Source: an uncultured Spirochaetota bacterium
GTDB lineage: Bacteria > Spirochaetota > Spirochaetia > SZUA-6 > Fen-1364
Assembly (NCBI GenBank): GCA_963820525.1
Contig: CAWGAA010000001.1
Span: 2,464,001 to 2,528,000, forward strand
Direction: 5' to 3'
DNA length: 64,000 nt
In this document: piece after piece, positions 28,392 to 37,000 of the stretch
Position numbering within the stretch: position 1 is the stretch's first letter
How the letters are laid out: every line of letters begins with the position of its first letter
Notes under the pieces: generated by a model
Database searches by the model: none
What the model saw: only the letters and a program-made list of their open reading frames with translations
Told to the model about the DNA's origin: nothing
Position numbers and translations under genes: made by a program

Positions 28392-29329
28392 TGCCCCTCC
28401 CCTGTGTCGAGGAAAAAGTCGTCGGCGTGATCCAGGAGCCACCTCGCTTTTCTCTGATTGATGATGTTCTCCAGCCGCCCTGATGGCTCGCGGTTCGCGT
28501 CGATCGCGAGGGCGGCGGTGAGGAGCTCGCGAAACTCGGAGAGCTTCTGGTCCTTCACGCTCACGGTTGAGGCGAGCGCCACGTAGGGGCCGGCCCGGGT
28601 CCCCTTGGAAATCTCGACGGCCCGCAAGAAATTCTGCCGCGCCTTCTCCTCGCTGCCTCCCAGGTCCGCCGGGGCGGATCCGTAGAAGGAGATGAAGATC
28701 TCGTGGAGCGACCCACCCCCATAGGCGTCATCCCATTCCGCCACCTGGCCCAGCAGCGCCATGGCCCGGGGAACCGTGACGATGAGGGAGAAGTCGAATG
28801 GATCCGCGCCGAAGGCTCCCAGCCAGGAGACTCCGACCCAAAAGAGGTAATCGATGTCTGCGCGCGAGACGAGGCCGAGGGCGGCCCTGGCGCTTTTTGC
28901 ATCCAGCGCCGCCCGGAACCCCGGCCTTCGTAGTTCCAGCCCTTTGAGGATGTATTCCCTGCCGCGGAGGAACAGCTTCTTCGCCCTCATGCGCATGGCC
29001 ACCTGCCGGTCGAATTGGCTGGAGGGGAGCTCGCTCGCCGGGGTCTGGACGAATGCGGAAGCGTAGCTCACGAAGGTCCTGCCGGTTGACAGCGACAAAG
29101 CCGCGTTGCCCGGGTCGTTCGCCGCCAGGATCTCGTAGAGCTTCAGGGCGAAGGGCAGGGCGTCACCAACGAGGTCGGGATCGTCGTCCCCCGTGAACAC
29201 CGTGCTCTCTCCTCCGGCGGAAAGCACTCCACCGATTGTCCTCACCGCGAGCTGATTGATCGAACACCCTCCCAGGATGGCAAGGCAGAGAAGAACGGCG
29301 GAGATGCCGGGGACATTTTTCCTGTTCAC
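28388..29329 (-). CDS. tatT: TRAP transporter TatT (TPR-like lipoprotein) component
   Basis: Lipobox ILGGC; DDDPDLVGDALPFALKLYE, YASAFV, LGGSEEKA, ENIINQRKARWLL. Confidence 0.85.
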   Translation of the reverse strand: MNRKNVPGISAVLLCLAILGGCSINQLAVRTIGGVLSAGGESTVFTGDDDPDLVGDALPFALKLYEILAANDPGNAALSLSTGRTFVSYASAFVQTPASELPSSQFDRQVAMRMRAKKLFLRGREYILKGLELRRPGFRAALDAKSARAALGLVSRADIDYLFWVGVSWLGAFGADPFDFSLIVTVPRAMALLGQVAEWDDAYGGGSLHEIFISFYGSAPADLGGSEEKARQNFLRAVEISKGTRAGPYVALASTVSVKDQKLSEFRELLTAALAIDANREPSGRLENIINQRKARWLLDHADDFFLDTGEGQ

Positions 29330-29335
29330 TCTTCG

Positions 29336-29364
29336 ATTATAGGGGAAACCACTTCGGGAGGCAA
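29336..29364 (-). promoter_or_regulatory. Putative sigma70 promoter of the tatT operon (leaderless)
   Basis: Minus strand TTGCCT-N17-TATAAT, 6 nt before the GTG start. Confidence 0.6.
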
Positions 29365-29395
29365 GAAAGCGGCAGTGCAGCGTCCAGGAGCGCTG

Positions 29396-29433
29396 CTAAG
29401 GCTGTGTCGCGCTTCTAAGGCTGTGTCGCGCTT
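29396..29433. repeat. Perfect 19-bp tandem duplication
   Basis: CTAAGGCTGTGTCGCGCTT twice (29396-29414, 29415-29433) in the divergent intergenic region. Confidence 0.9.
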
Positions 29434-29503
29434 CGCGCCGACGCAGCCGAGCCGCCGCAGTGTTGACAGGAGGGGCCGGGACTCCTACATTTCTGGCCAG
29501 CCC

Positions 29504-30169
29504 ATGGCCATCCGCTTTCGATGCCTTCTGCTCGATCACGACGATACCGCGGTAGACTCCACGCTCGCGATTCATTATCCCGCCCACCTGGAGAGCCTGC
29601 GCGTCCTCAGGCCGAACCGCGCCGTTCCTACCATGGAGGAGTGGCTTCTGGCGAACTTCCATGGGATCATGGATTACCTTGTGGGAAAGCTGGGGCTCAC
29701 CGAGGAGGAGCTGCTTCGGGAGTACGAGATCTGGCGCAGCTTCACGACGAGCCGCGTCCCCAGCTTCTTTCCCGGGTTCCTGGAGACGCTCGCCGCATTT
29801 CGCAGAAGCGGCGGGCTCGTGGTCGTGATCTCGCATTCCGAAGCCGACGTGATCGAATCCCATTACCGTCGAGCCGAGGATTCGGCTTCCTTCCCCGACC
29901 TGATATTCGGCTGGACGGAGGATGCCGAGAAGCGTAAGCCCAGCCCATGGCCAGTGCGGGAGGCCTTGAGGAGGCTCGCCGTGACTCCCGAGGAAGCCTT
30001 GATCGTGGACGACCTGAAGCCCGGCGTCCTCATGTCCCGCGCATCCGGGGTTGCCATAGCCGGAGCCGGGTGGAGCCACAGGGTGCCGGAAATCGCGGCG
30101 TACATGCGCGCTCACTCGCTGGCGTACTTCCCGACCATCGAGTCATTCAGAGACTTCCTTTTTCTCTAA
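29504..30169 (+). CDS. HAD-superfamily hydrolase
   Basis: LLDHDDT motif I, KRKPSP, LIVDDLKPG; promoter TTGACA-N17-TACATT at 29463-29491. Confidence 0.82.
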   Translation: MAIRFRCLLLDHDDTAVDSTLAIHYPAHLESLRVLRPNRAVPTMEEWLLANFHGIMDYLVGKLGLTEEELLREYEIWRSFTTSRVPSFFPGFLETLAAFRRSGGLVVVISHSEADVIESHYRRAEDSASFPDLIFGWTEDAEKRKPSPWPVREALRRLAVTPEEALIVDDLKPGVLMSRASGVAIAGAGWSHRVPEIAAYMRAHSLAYFPTIESFRDFLFL

Positions 30170-30269
30170 TTTCTCCGAAATCCTCACTTGAGTTGAAGAT
30201 TCTTTCTCGATATACTTTTTTAAAGAACGTCTCTGCGGATGGCGCGGGGAGGAGACCGTAGGTCTTGCG

Positions 30270-31466
30270 ATGAAGCGCGATACGCTGAAGCTCTTCCGAA
30301 CGATCGAAACCCTCTATACCATCAAGGACTTGGACTCCCTGCTTGAAAACATCCTCACGGAAGCGCGGCATTTCGTGAATGCGGACGCCGGGACGATCTA
30401 CCAGGCTTCAAAAGGCTATCTCTACTTCAGCTTCGTTCAGAACGACAGCCTGTTCAAGGGAGAAACCAAGGGCAGGTACATCGCCACGGCAGTTGCCCTG
30501 CCGATCGACAAGAAGTCCCTGGCCGGGTACGTGGCGAAGACGGGGGAACCGGTCCTCATCGACGACGTCTACCATATCCAGAGCGATATCTCGGTGAGCT
30601 TCAACCCTTCCTTCGACCAGCAGAGCCACTACAAGACGAAATCGATCCTCGCAGTTCCCTTGAAGACCCGGGAGAACGAGATTGTCGGCGTGCTGCAGCT
30701 CATCAACGCGAAAAACGACGAGGGGGAGGTCGTTGCATTCTCCATGCAGGACCGCCTCTTCATCTCCCAGTTCGCCCTGAGCGCCGCGGATGCGATGGAG
30801 CGGGCACGCCTGACCCGGGAGATGGTTCTGCGCATGGTGGAGCTTGCCGAGCTTCGCGATCCCTTCGAGACCAGCGACCATGCGAAGCGGGTCGGCGCGT
30901 ACGCCGTGGAGCTCTACGAGAAATGGGCCATGCGGCGCGGCGTCTCGGCTCGGGAGATCAAGAAAGTGCGCGACGTTCTGCGCACCGCGGCGATGCTCCA
31001 TGACGTGGGCAAGGTCGCGGTGAGCGACATCATCCTGAAAAAGCCCACCCAGCTCTCCTACGACGAGAAGCTTTCCATGCGGCTGCACACGGTGCTGGGA
31101 GCCCGGCTGTTCCGCCGGACCAACTCCTTCTGGGACTACATGGCCGCGGAAGTGGCCCTCAACCATCACGAGAACTGGGATGGAAGCGGGTATCCGGGGA
31201 AGATCGAGGACATCTACGCGGAGAAGGTCTACCTGGCCGCCGGCAAGCAGGGAAACGAGATCCCCCTGACGGCACGCATCGTGGCCATCGCCGACGTCTA
31301 CGATGCCCTGATCAGTGAACGCGCCTATAAAAAGGAATGGCGGCAGGAGCACGCCCTTCGCTATATCCGCTACCAGGCGGGCAAGAAATTCGATCCCGAG
31401 CTGGTGAGCATATTCCTCAAGATGGCGGAACTGCTCGCCGCCATCCAGAGAAAGTACGCCTACTGA
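30270..31466 (+). CDS. GAF plus HD-GYP cyclic-di-nucleotide phosphodiesterase
   Basis: GAF (SLAGYVAKTGEPVLIDDVY, YKTKSILAVPL, GVLQLIN); LHDVGK, HHENWDGSGYP, ADVYDAL. Confidence 0.9.
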   Translation: MKRDTLKLFRTIETLYTIKDLDSLLENILTEARHFVNADAGTIYQASKGYLYFSFVQNDSLFKGETKGRYIATAVALPIDKKSLAGYVAKTGEPVLIDDVYHIQSDISVSFNPSFDQQSHYKTKSILAVPLKTRENEIVGVLQLINAKNDEGEVVAFSMQDRLFISQFALSAADAMERARLTREMVLRMVELAELRDPFETSDHAKRVGAYAVELYEKWAMRRGVSAREIKKVRDVLRTAAMLHDVGKVAVSDIILKKPTQLSYDEKLSMRLHTVLGARLFRRTNSFWDYMAAEVALNHHENWDGSGYPGKIEDIYAEKVYLAAGKQGNEIPLTARIVAIADVYDALISERAYKKEWRQEHALRYIRYQAGKKFDPELVSIFLKMAELLAAIQRKYAY

Positions 31467-31990
31467 AGCCCGAACGCATCCCGAAGCGCTGAAAGAATCG
31501 TCCTCTCGGAGGCGAGCGAAGGCAGCCCGAGGAAGTGGAGCCGCCCGTCGATGATCCGCACGGCGTCGAAGCAGACAAACAGCGCCAGGATGGCCGCCGA
31601 TGCGGCAATAACGAGCGGCTGATGGGCAAGGAGCCGCCGAAACAGACGCACCCTGATCCCCCCGGGAGAGAGCCGCACGCCGGCGAAGAGAAGCAGAAGA
31701 AGCGCCGCCAGGGGCGAAAGGGGATGGAGCGCCATTGCCTGGGGGATCTCGAGGCGACTGAAGTGGATGAAAGCGCGGGTGAGGCCGCAGGTGGGACACG
31801 GGATGTGAAACAGGTTCATCACGGGGCAGATGCTGAAGGACGGCTCATGAAAGGAGAGGAGAAATCCCGCGACAAAGGGCAGGACGGCCGCCGGCATCCA
31901 GAGGCGGCCGAAGAGAAGCTCGCGCGCGCATCGCTCGACGGCTGGCGCCCAGCGCCGACCCAGACCGGCGATTTTTTTCTTGACAGCCAT
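31460..31990 (-). CDS. DUF2752 family membrane protein
   Basis: ICPVMNLFHIPCPTCGLTRAF...AMALHPL motif. Confidence 0.75.
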   Translation of the reverse strand: MAVKKKIAGLGRRWAPAVERCARELLFGRLWMPAAVLPFVAGFLLSFHEPSFSICPVMNLFHIPCPTCGLTRAFIHFSRLEIPQAMALHPLSPLAALLLLLFAGVRLSPGGIRVRLFRRLLAHQPLVIAASAAILALFVCFDAVRIIDGRLHFLGLPSLASERTILSALRDAFGLQ

Positions 31991-32075
31991 AACGATGCCC
32001 ACTAGAATCCGCTCGCCACATCTATACTCTCTGTCGGGGCAAAGAACAAGCGCGCGGTGGAGCAAGGAGGTCGAT

Positions 32076-32399
32076 GTGTATTGTCCAAACTGCGGCAAAG
32101 AGGTTTCTAACCAGGCGGTCAGCTGCCCTTCCTGCGGACATCCGCTGAAGCCGATGGGGCCGGGCTATATGGAAGGCAAGCCCGTGAGCCCGAAAAGCAG
32201 GCTGGCGACCCTTCTGCTCTGCATATTCCTGGGATACCTAGGCATCCACAGGTTCTACGTGGGTAAAGTGGGCACGGGCGTCGCCATGATTCTCACGGCG
32301 GGCGGCTGCGGCATCTGGGTGATCGTCGACTTCATCATGATCGTGACCGGCTCTTTCACGGACTTCGACGGCAAGTACGTCCTGGACTGGCAGACCTGA
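32076..32399 (+). CDS. Zinc-ribbon plus TM2 domain protein
   Basis: GTG after AAGGAGG; YCPNCG...CPSCG; KSRLATLLLCIFLGYLGIHRFYVGK. Confidence 0.85.
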   Translation: MYCPNCGKEVSNQAVSCPSCGHPLKPMGPGYMEGKPVSPKSRLATLLLCIFLGYLGIHRFYVGKVGTGVAMILTAGGCGIWVIVDFIMIVTGSFTDFDGKYVLDWQT

Positions 32400-32461
32400 G
32401 GCGGGCTTGCTTCGCGTCATGAAGCCGCGCTACCTTTTCTCATCGGCCCGCCGAGTCCGCC

Positions 32462-33226
32462 ATGATTCCCATTGGGGATGATAACAGAGACCGCCGCCTC
32501 ACCCCTTTTGTTACCTGGGGAATCATCGCGCTCAATGTATTCGTGTTCGTGTTTCTCCAGGGCTTCGGAACGAACCTCCGCTTCACCTACGCATACGCCG
32601 CGGTGCCGGCGGAGATCCTCTCGGGCAAGGACATCGTGACCCCGGACCGCACGGTGGTGGATCCCGACACAGGCCGGCGTTTTCTCCTTCCGGGCCTGCA
32701 GAGAACCCCGGTCCCCGTGTTCCTCACGATCTTCATCTCCCTGTTCATGCACGCGGGCATCGCCCACATCCTGGGCAACATGCTGTATCTCTTCGTCTTC
32801 GGCGATAACGTGGAGGACCGTCTCGGCCATTTCCGATTCCTCCTGTTCTACCTCTTCTGCGGCGTGGCGGCCGCATTGGCCCAGGTTTACGTCACCGAGC
32901 TCACGGGAGGCAACCTCTCGATCCCCAGCCTCGGCGCATCGGGGGCCATCTCGGGAGTCCTGGGGGCGTACCTTCTTCTCTTCCCCCGTCGAAGGGTCCG
33001 CGTCCTCGTCTTCTCGTTTTTTCCCGCTCAAGTACCGGCCCTCTACGCGGTGGGGTTCTGGTTCCTCTTTCAGCTCATCAACGGCCTGGGGTACCTGGGC
33101 GGAGGAACCGGTGGAGGAGTCGCCTACGCGGCGCACATCGGCGGCTTCCTCGCGGGGCTCATCACCGTGCCCCTGTGGGCGGTCGGGAGACGCTCCACCC
33201 CGAAGTTCAAGTATCCACAGAGCTGA
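32462..33226 (+). CDS. Rhomboid intramembrane serine protease
   Basis: FMHAGIAHILGNM, GASGAI (Ser), AHIGG (His). Confidence 0.92.
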   Translation: MIPIGDDNRDRRLTPFVTWGIIALNVFVFVFLQGFGTNLRFTYAYAAVPAEILSGKDIVTPDRTVVDPDTGRRFLLPGLQRTPVPVFLTIFISLFMHAGIAHILGNMLYLFVFGDNVEDRLGHFRFLLFYLFCGVAAALAQVYVTELTGGNLSIPSLGASGAISGVLGAYLLLFPRRRVRVLVFSFFPAQVPALYAVGFWFLFQLINGLGYLGGGTGGGVAYAAHIGGFLAGLITVPLWAVGRRSTPKFKYPQS

Positions 33227-33238
33227 AGGCCGGCTCGC

Positions 33239-34231
33239 TCACACGCGGCATTCCCGCATCAGCTCGAGGAGTGCCCGGTCCACCATGAATCCGCCAATCT
33301 TCTCGAAGGCGGCGCCCGACCGGCCATGCCCCACAATGCCGAAGGGGCCTTCAAACTCCCAGAGGCTGTATCCCCAGCGAAACTCCTTGAACAGGCCCAG
33401 CAGGTCGCCCAACCACCGCAGCGCGATGTCGTTGTCCACCTTGTTGAAGCAGCCCATCTCGCCGATGTGTATCGCGACGCCGCGAGCCTCCACATCCCTC
33501 CAGGGACGGTAGTGCTCGCGCAAGCCGTCGGCATTCCATACCCGCCCATCCCACACAAGGCCGGGATAGACCGGAGCGGGCGCATCTGCATGATCCGGCC
33601 ACCATGTCGCCCCATGGTGGCTGATCGGCATGGGTTGGTAGCCGCGTCCGCTGTGGACGGCTCCGACGTCGGCGAGCTCGGGCATGGCGAGGTTGCCGCC
33701 CGAAAGCCCATCGATGACGATCTGGCGGCGCGGGTCCACGGCCCGGATGGCAGCGCAGGCCCGGCGAACGAGGGCGGCATGGTTCTCCCGCGTCATGCCG
33801 TACTGGCCGATAGAGGGAGGCTCGTTCACCAGATCGAAGCTGAGAGCCTCCGCCGCAACCCCCCGGTAGCGGTGGGCGAAGGTTTCCCAGAGAAATACAA
33901 AGGCATCCTGCGCCGTCGCGTCCAGCCAGAGGTTGTGGCGCTCCAGATGGTTGGCATTGATGCAGTAGCCCGGAGCGCGATGAAGATTCAAGCACATGTG
34001 CATTGCGCGCGAGCGGCAGGCCTCCAGGTATTCATCGATACGGGAAATGACCTTCTCATCGGGGTTGAAGTAGTCGAAGTCCTCGGTCCAGAAGCGATAG
34101 TCGGTGGGGATGCGCACGAAGGTGAATCCTAACTCCGCCATGAAGTCGAGCGCCCTCTCGTCCGGGGGGTGGGGTTGTCCCATCCGCCCCCTGCTGAACA
34201 TCCATTGGAAATTGAAACCATAGCGCGGCAT
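33239..34231 (-). CDS. Glycoside hydrolase family 5 (no signal peptide)
   Basis: GFTFVRIP, LNLHRAPG, LVNEP (acid/base), HIGEMG (nucleophile), WGYSLW. Confidence 0.85.
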   Translation of the reverse strand: MPRYGFNFQWMFSRGRMGQPHPPDERALDFMAELGFTFVRIPTDYRFWTEDFDYFNPDEKVISRIDEYLEACRSRAMHMCLNLHRAPGYCINANHLERHNLWLDATAQDAFVFLWETFAHRYRGVAAEALSFDLVNEPPSIGQYGMTRENHAALVRRACAAIRAVDPRRQIVIDGLSGGNLAMPELADVGAVHSGRGYQPMPISHHGATWWPDHADAPAPVYPGLVWDGRVWNADGLREHYRPWRDVEARGVAIHIGEMGCFNKVDNDIALRWLGDLLGLFKEFRWGYSLWEFEGPFGIVGHGRSGAAFEKIGGFMVDRALLELMRECRV

Positions 34232-34403
34232 TGGTGATCCTTTGATGTACGCTCATCCTACCGCCGGGCGACGGGCGAGGCAAGCCGGGACGGTCCTTCC
34301 CAGCCCATGTCCTTGACACGCGGCCGCCGCTTCGCCTTTGTATGGTGAGGATGAGCGACCCGACCGGGGCCTTCGGTCCAGGAGCTTCGGGGCCGCGGGA
34401 GGT

Positions 34404-35525
34404 GTGCGAACGCGCTACCATACGTTCGGAGGCACCGGGGTGGAGGTCTCTGCCCTGGGTTTCGGGGCGATGAGGCTGCCGGAAAAAAATGGCAGAGTGG
34501 ATCGCGAGCCGGCCATCGCCATGCTCAAGCGCGGTTTCGAGCTGGGGATCAATTACTTCGACACGGCTCCGTATTATCACAACGGCGAAAGCGAGGAAGT
34601 CCTCGGAGAGGCCCTTGCCGGGATACGGGACAAGGTGTCCGTCTCCACAAAGTGCCCCATGGAGGTGGGCCCGGACAAGTGGCTTTTCATGCTGGAGCAG
34701 TCTCTGCGGCGCCTGCGCACGGATCGCATCGATTTCTACCACTGTTGGGGCATCAACAGGGAATCCTTCACGAGCAACATAGAAGGAGAGCGCGGCTTTC
34801 TCACGGCAGTCGGGAAGGCCAGGACCGACGGGACGATCCGCCACCTCTCCTTTTCCTTTCACGACAATCCGCAGAGCCTTATCCGCATCATCGATGCCGG
34901 CATCTTCGAAACGATGCTGGTCCAGTACAACCTGCTTGACCGCGCGAACGAAGGGGGAATCGCGCACGCGCGCTCCAGGGGCCTCGGCGTGGCCGTGATG
35001 GGACCCGTGGGCGGCGGCAGGCTTGGCCCTCCGGCTCCCGCCATCCAGCGGCTCGTGCCCGGCGGCGTCAGGAGCACGGCTGAGATGGCCCTGCGCTTCG
35101 TCTTCTCCAATCCCAACATCGACGTGGCTCTCTCCGGCATGAGCAGCATGGCGCAGGTCGAGGAGAACGTCGCCCTCGCGGCGAACGGCTCGGCGCTCGA
35201 CCGCGAAGAGCTCGCCCGGGTCATCGCCATGATGGAGGAGAACCGGCGCCTGGCTGATCTCTACTGCACGGGCTGCAACTACTGCAAGCCGTGCCCGCAG
35301 GAGATCGACATCCCCGAGATTTTCAAGATCTACAACTACTACAGGCTCTACGGAATCGAGGACGCCGCCCGGGGGCTGTATGCCGCCCTCGCGCCGGACG
35401 GCCCTCCCTGGAGCAGGAGCGCCAAAGCGGACGCGTGCGAGGCGTGCGGGCAGTGCGAGTCGAAGTGCCCTCAAGCTCTTCCCATCATCGAGCGGCTTCG
35501 CGAGGCGCACGCTGCCCTCGGATAG
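34404..35525 (+). CDS. Aldo/keto reductase with C-terminal 4Fe-4S domain
   Basis: SALGFGAMRLP, NYFDTAPYY, SLRRLRTDRID; CTGCNYCKPCP and CEACGQCESKCP. Start (GTG 34404) is uncertain. Confidence 0.88.
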   Translation: MRTRYHTFGGTGVEVSALGFGAMRLPEKNGRVDREPAIAMLKRGFELGINYFDTAPYYHNGESEEVLGEALAGIRDKVSVSTKCPMEVGPDKWLFMLEQSLRRLRTDRIDFYHCWGINRESFTSNIEGERGFLTAVGKARTDGTIRHLSFSFHDNPQSLIRIIDAGIFETMLVQYNLLDRANEGGIAHARSRGLGVAVMGPVGGGRLGPPAPAIQRLVPGGVRSTAEMALRFVFSNPNIDVALSGMSSMAQVEENVALAANGSALDREELARVIAMMEENRRLADLYCTGCNYCKPCPQEIDIPEIFKIYNYYRLYGIEDAARGLYAALAPDGPPWSRSAKADACEACGQCESKCPQALPIIERLREAHAALG

Positions 35526-35585
35526 TGCCGCCCTGGAGGAACACGGCCCTGGCGTACGTGCGGCACGAAGAGCGCCGGCCGGATC

Positions 35586-36788
35586 CTAGCTCCCGCTCAT
35601 CCGCGCGTACACCCGCGCGAGCCTCTTCATTCCCTCCTCGATCTTCTCTTCGTCCGAGTTGGAGAAGTTCAGCCTCATTGTGTTTTCCCCGCTTCCGTCC
35701 GTGAAAAACGCCTGGCCGGGCACGAATGCCACTTTCTGCTCCACGGCAAGCTCGAAGAGCCTCAGGGAAGACATGCCATCGGGGAGGGTCATCCAGAGGA
35801 ACATCCCTCCCTGCGGCTTCGTGCACTTCACCTCGGGGGGGAAGAGCTTGCCGGCAAGCTCCACCATGAGGTTGCGCTGCTTTCCATACGCCGAGCGGAT
35901 GCGCTCGATGTGACGGTCCACGTCATTGTCGCCGAGATAGCGGTGGACGATCCTCTGGGACAGGTAGTTGGAGTGCAGGTCGGCGGCCTGCTTGGCGATC
36001 ACTAGCTGTTCGATGATCTCCCTGCCCGCGCTTATCCATCCCAGCCGGATCCCCGGAGAGACGATCTTGGAGAAGCTTCCGAGGAGCACAACGGTGTCCT
36101 CGGGAGGCCGGACGGAAGGGTCGACGAGCGTCCTCAGGGAAGGCTCCTCCTGGCCCAGGAAACGAAGCTCTCCGTAGGGATCGTCTTCGACGAGCACCGC
36201 GGAGCTCGAAGCCATGAGCCGCGCCGTTGCAACGCGCTTCTCCCTGGAATAGCTGATCCCCGATGGATTTTGGAAGTTCGGTATCGAGTAGAAGAACTTG
36301 GGCTTGTGATGGGCGAGGGCGGATTCCAGCTCTTTCATGACCGGGCCGTCTTCGTGAAGCGATATCGCGTGGAACTCGGGTTGGAACATGCCGAAGGACT
36401 GAATGGCGGCCAGGTAGGTCGGCCGCTCGACCAACACCGCGTCTCCTCTGTCGAGGAAAACCTTGCCCAAGAGGTCGAGCCCCTGCTGGGAGCCGTTGAG
36501 CACGAGGATCTGCTCCGGATTCACGGAGACGCCTTTCCTGGCGTAGCGCTCGGCGATGAGCTCCCGCAGGGGGGGATACCCCTCGGTTGTCGCATATTGC
36601 AGCACGGAAGGCCCCGACTCGGAGTCGAGCACTTTTCGCGCAGCTTCCGCAACCTCCCGGACGGGGAAGAATCGCGGGTTTGGAAGCCCTCCGGCGAATG
36701 AGATGATGCCGGGGTCTTCCGTGACCTTCAAGATCTCCCGGATGAAAGAGCGGTGAACCTTCGACATCCTTGCAGCGAACTCCGCCAT
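35586..36788 (-). CDS. PLP-dependent class I/II aminotransferase (LysN/2-aminoadipate-like)
   Basis: ISFAGGLP, GSQQGLDL, PNFQNPSG, EDDPYGEL, GSFSKIVSPGIRLGW, MRLNFS. Confidence 0.9.
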   Translation of the reverse strand: MAEFAARMSKVHRSFIREILKVTEDPGIISFAGGLPNPRFFPVREVAEAARKVLDSESGPSVLQYATTEGYPPLRELIAERYARKGVSVNPEQILVLNGSQQGLDLLGKVFLDRGDAVLVERPTYLAAIQSFGMFQPEFHAISLHEDGPVMKELESALAHHKPKFFYSIPNFQNPSGISYSREKRVATARLMASSSAVLVEDDPYGELRFLGQEEPSLRTLVDPSVRPPEDTVVLLGSFSKIVSPGIRLGWISAGREIIEQLVIAKQAADLHSNYLSQRIVHRYLGDNDVDRHIERIRSAYGKQRNLMVELAGKLFPPEVKCTKPQGGMFLWMTLPDGMSSLRLFELAVEQKVAFVPGQAFFTDGSGENTMRLNFSNSDEEKIEEGMKRLARVYARMSGS

Positions 36789-36947
36789 CCCCAGCTCCTT
36801 TTCCACGCTCGATTTTCGCAGAGTCATATCATTTTCAAGCAAAGTCCGCTACCGGGGAACTCCGATAATAATTGTGGAGAGAAATACTTGACAATTTGCG
36901 ATTTCTATGGTTTTATGTTTAATATCTCCATTTATTCTAAATTATTT

Positions 36948-36970
36948 TTATACCTTAAATTAGGTATAAT
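36948..36970 (+). promoter_or_regulatory. -10 box overlapped by an operator-like palindrome upstream of the cyclase gene
   Basis: TTATACCT-taaatt-AGGTATAA (36948-36969) overlapping TATAAT (36965-36970); AGGAG RBS at 36989-36993. Confidence 0.55.
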
Positions 36971-37000
36971 AGTTTAAATAAATGTGCCAGGAGATTATAG

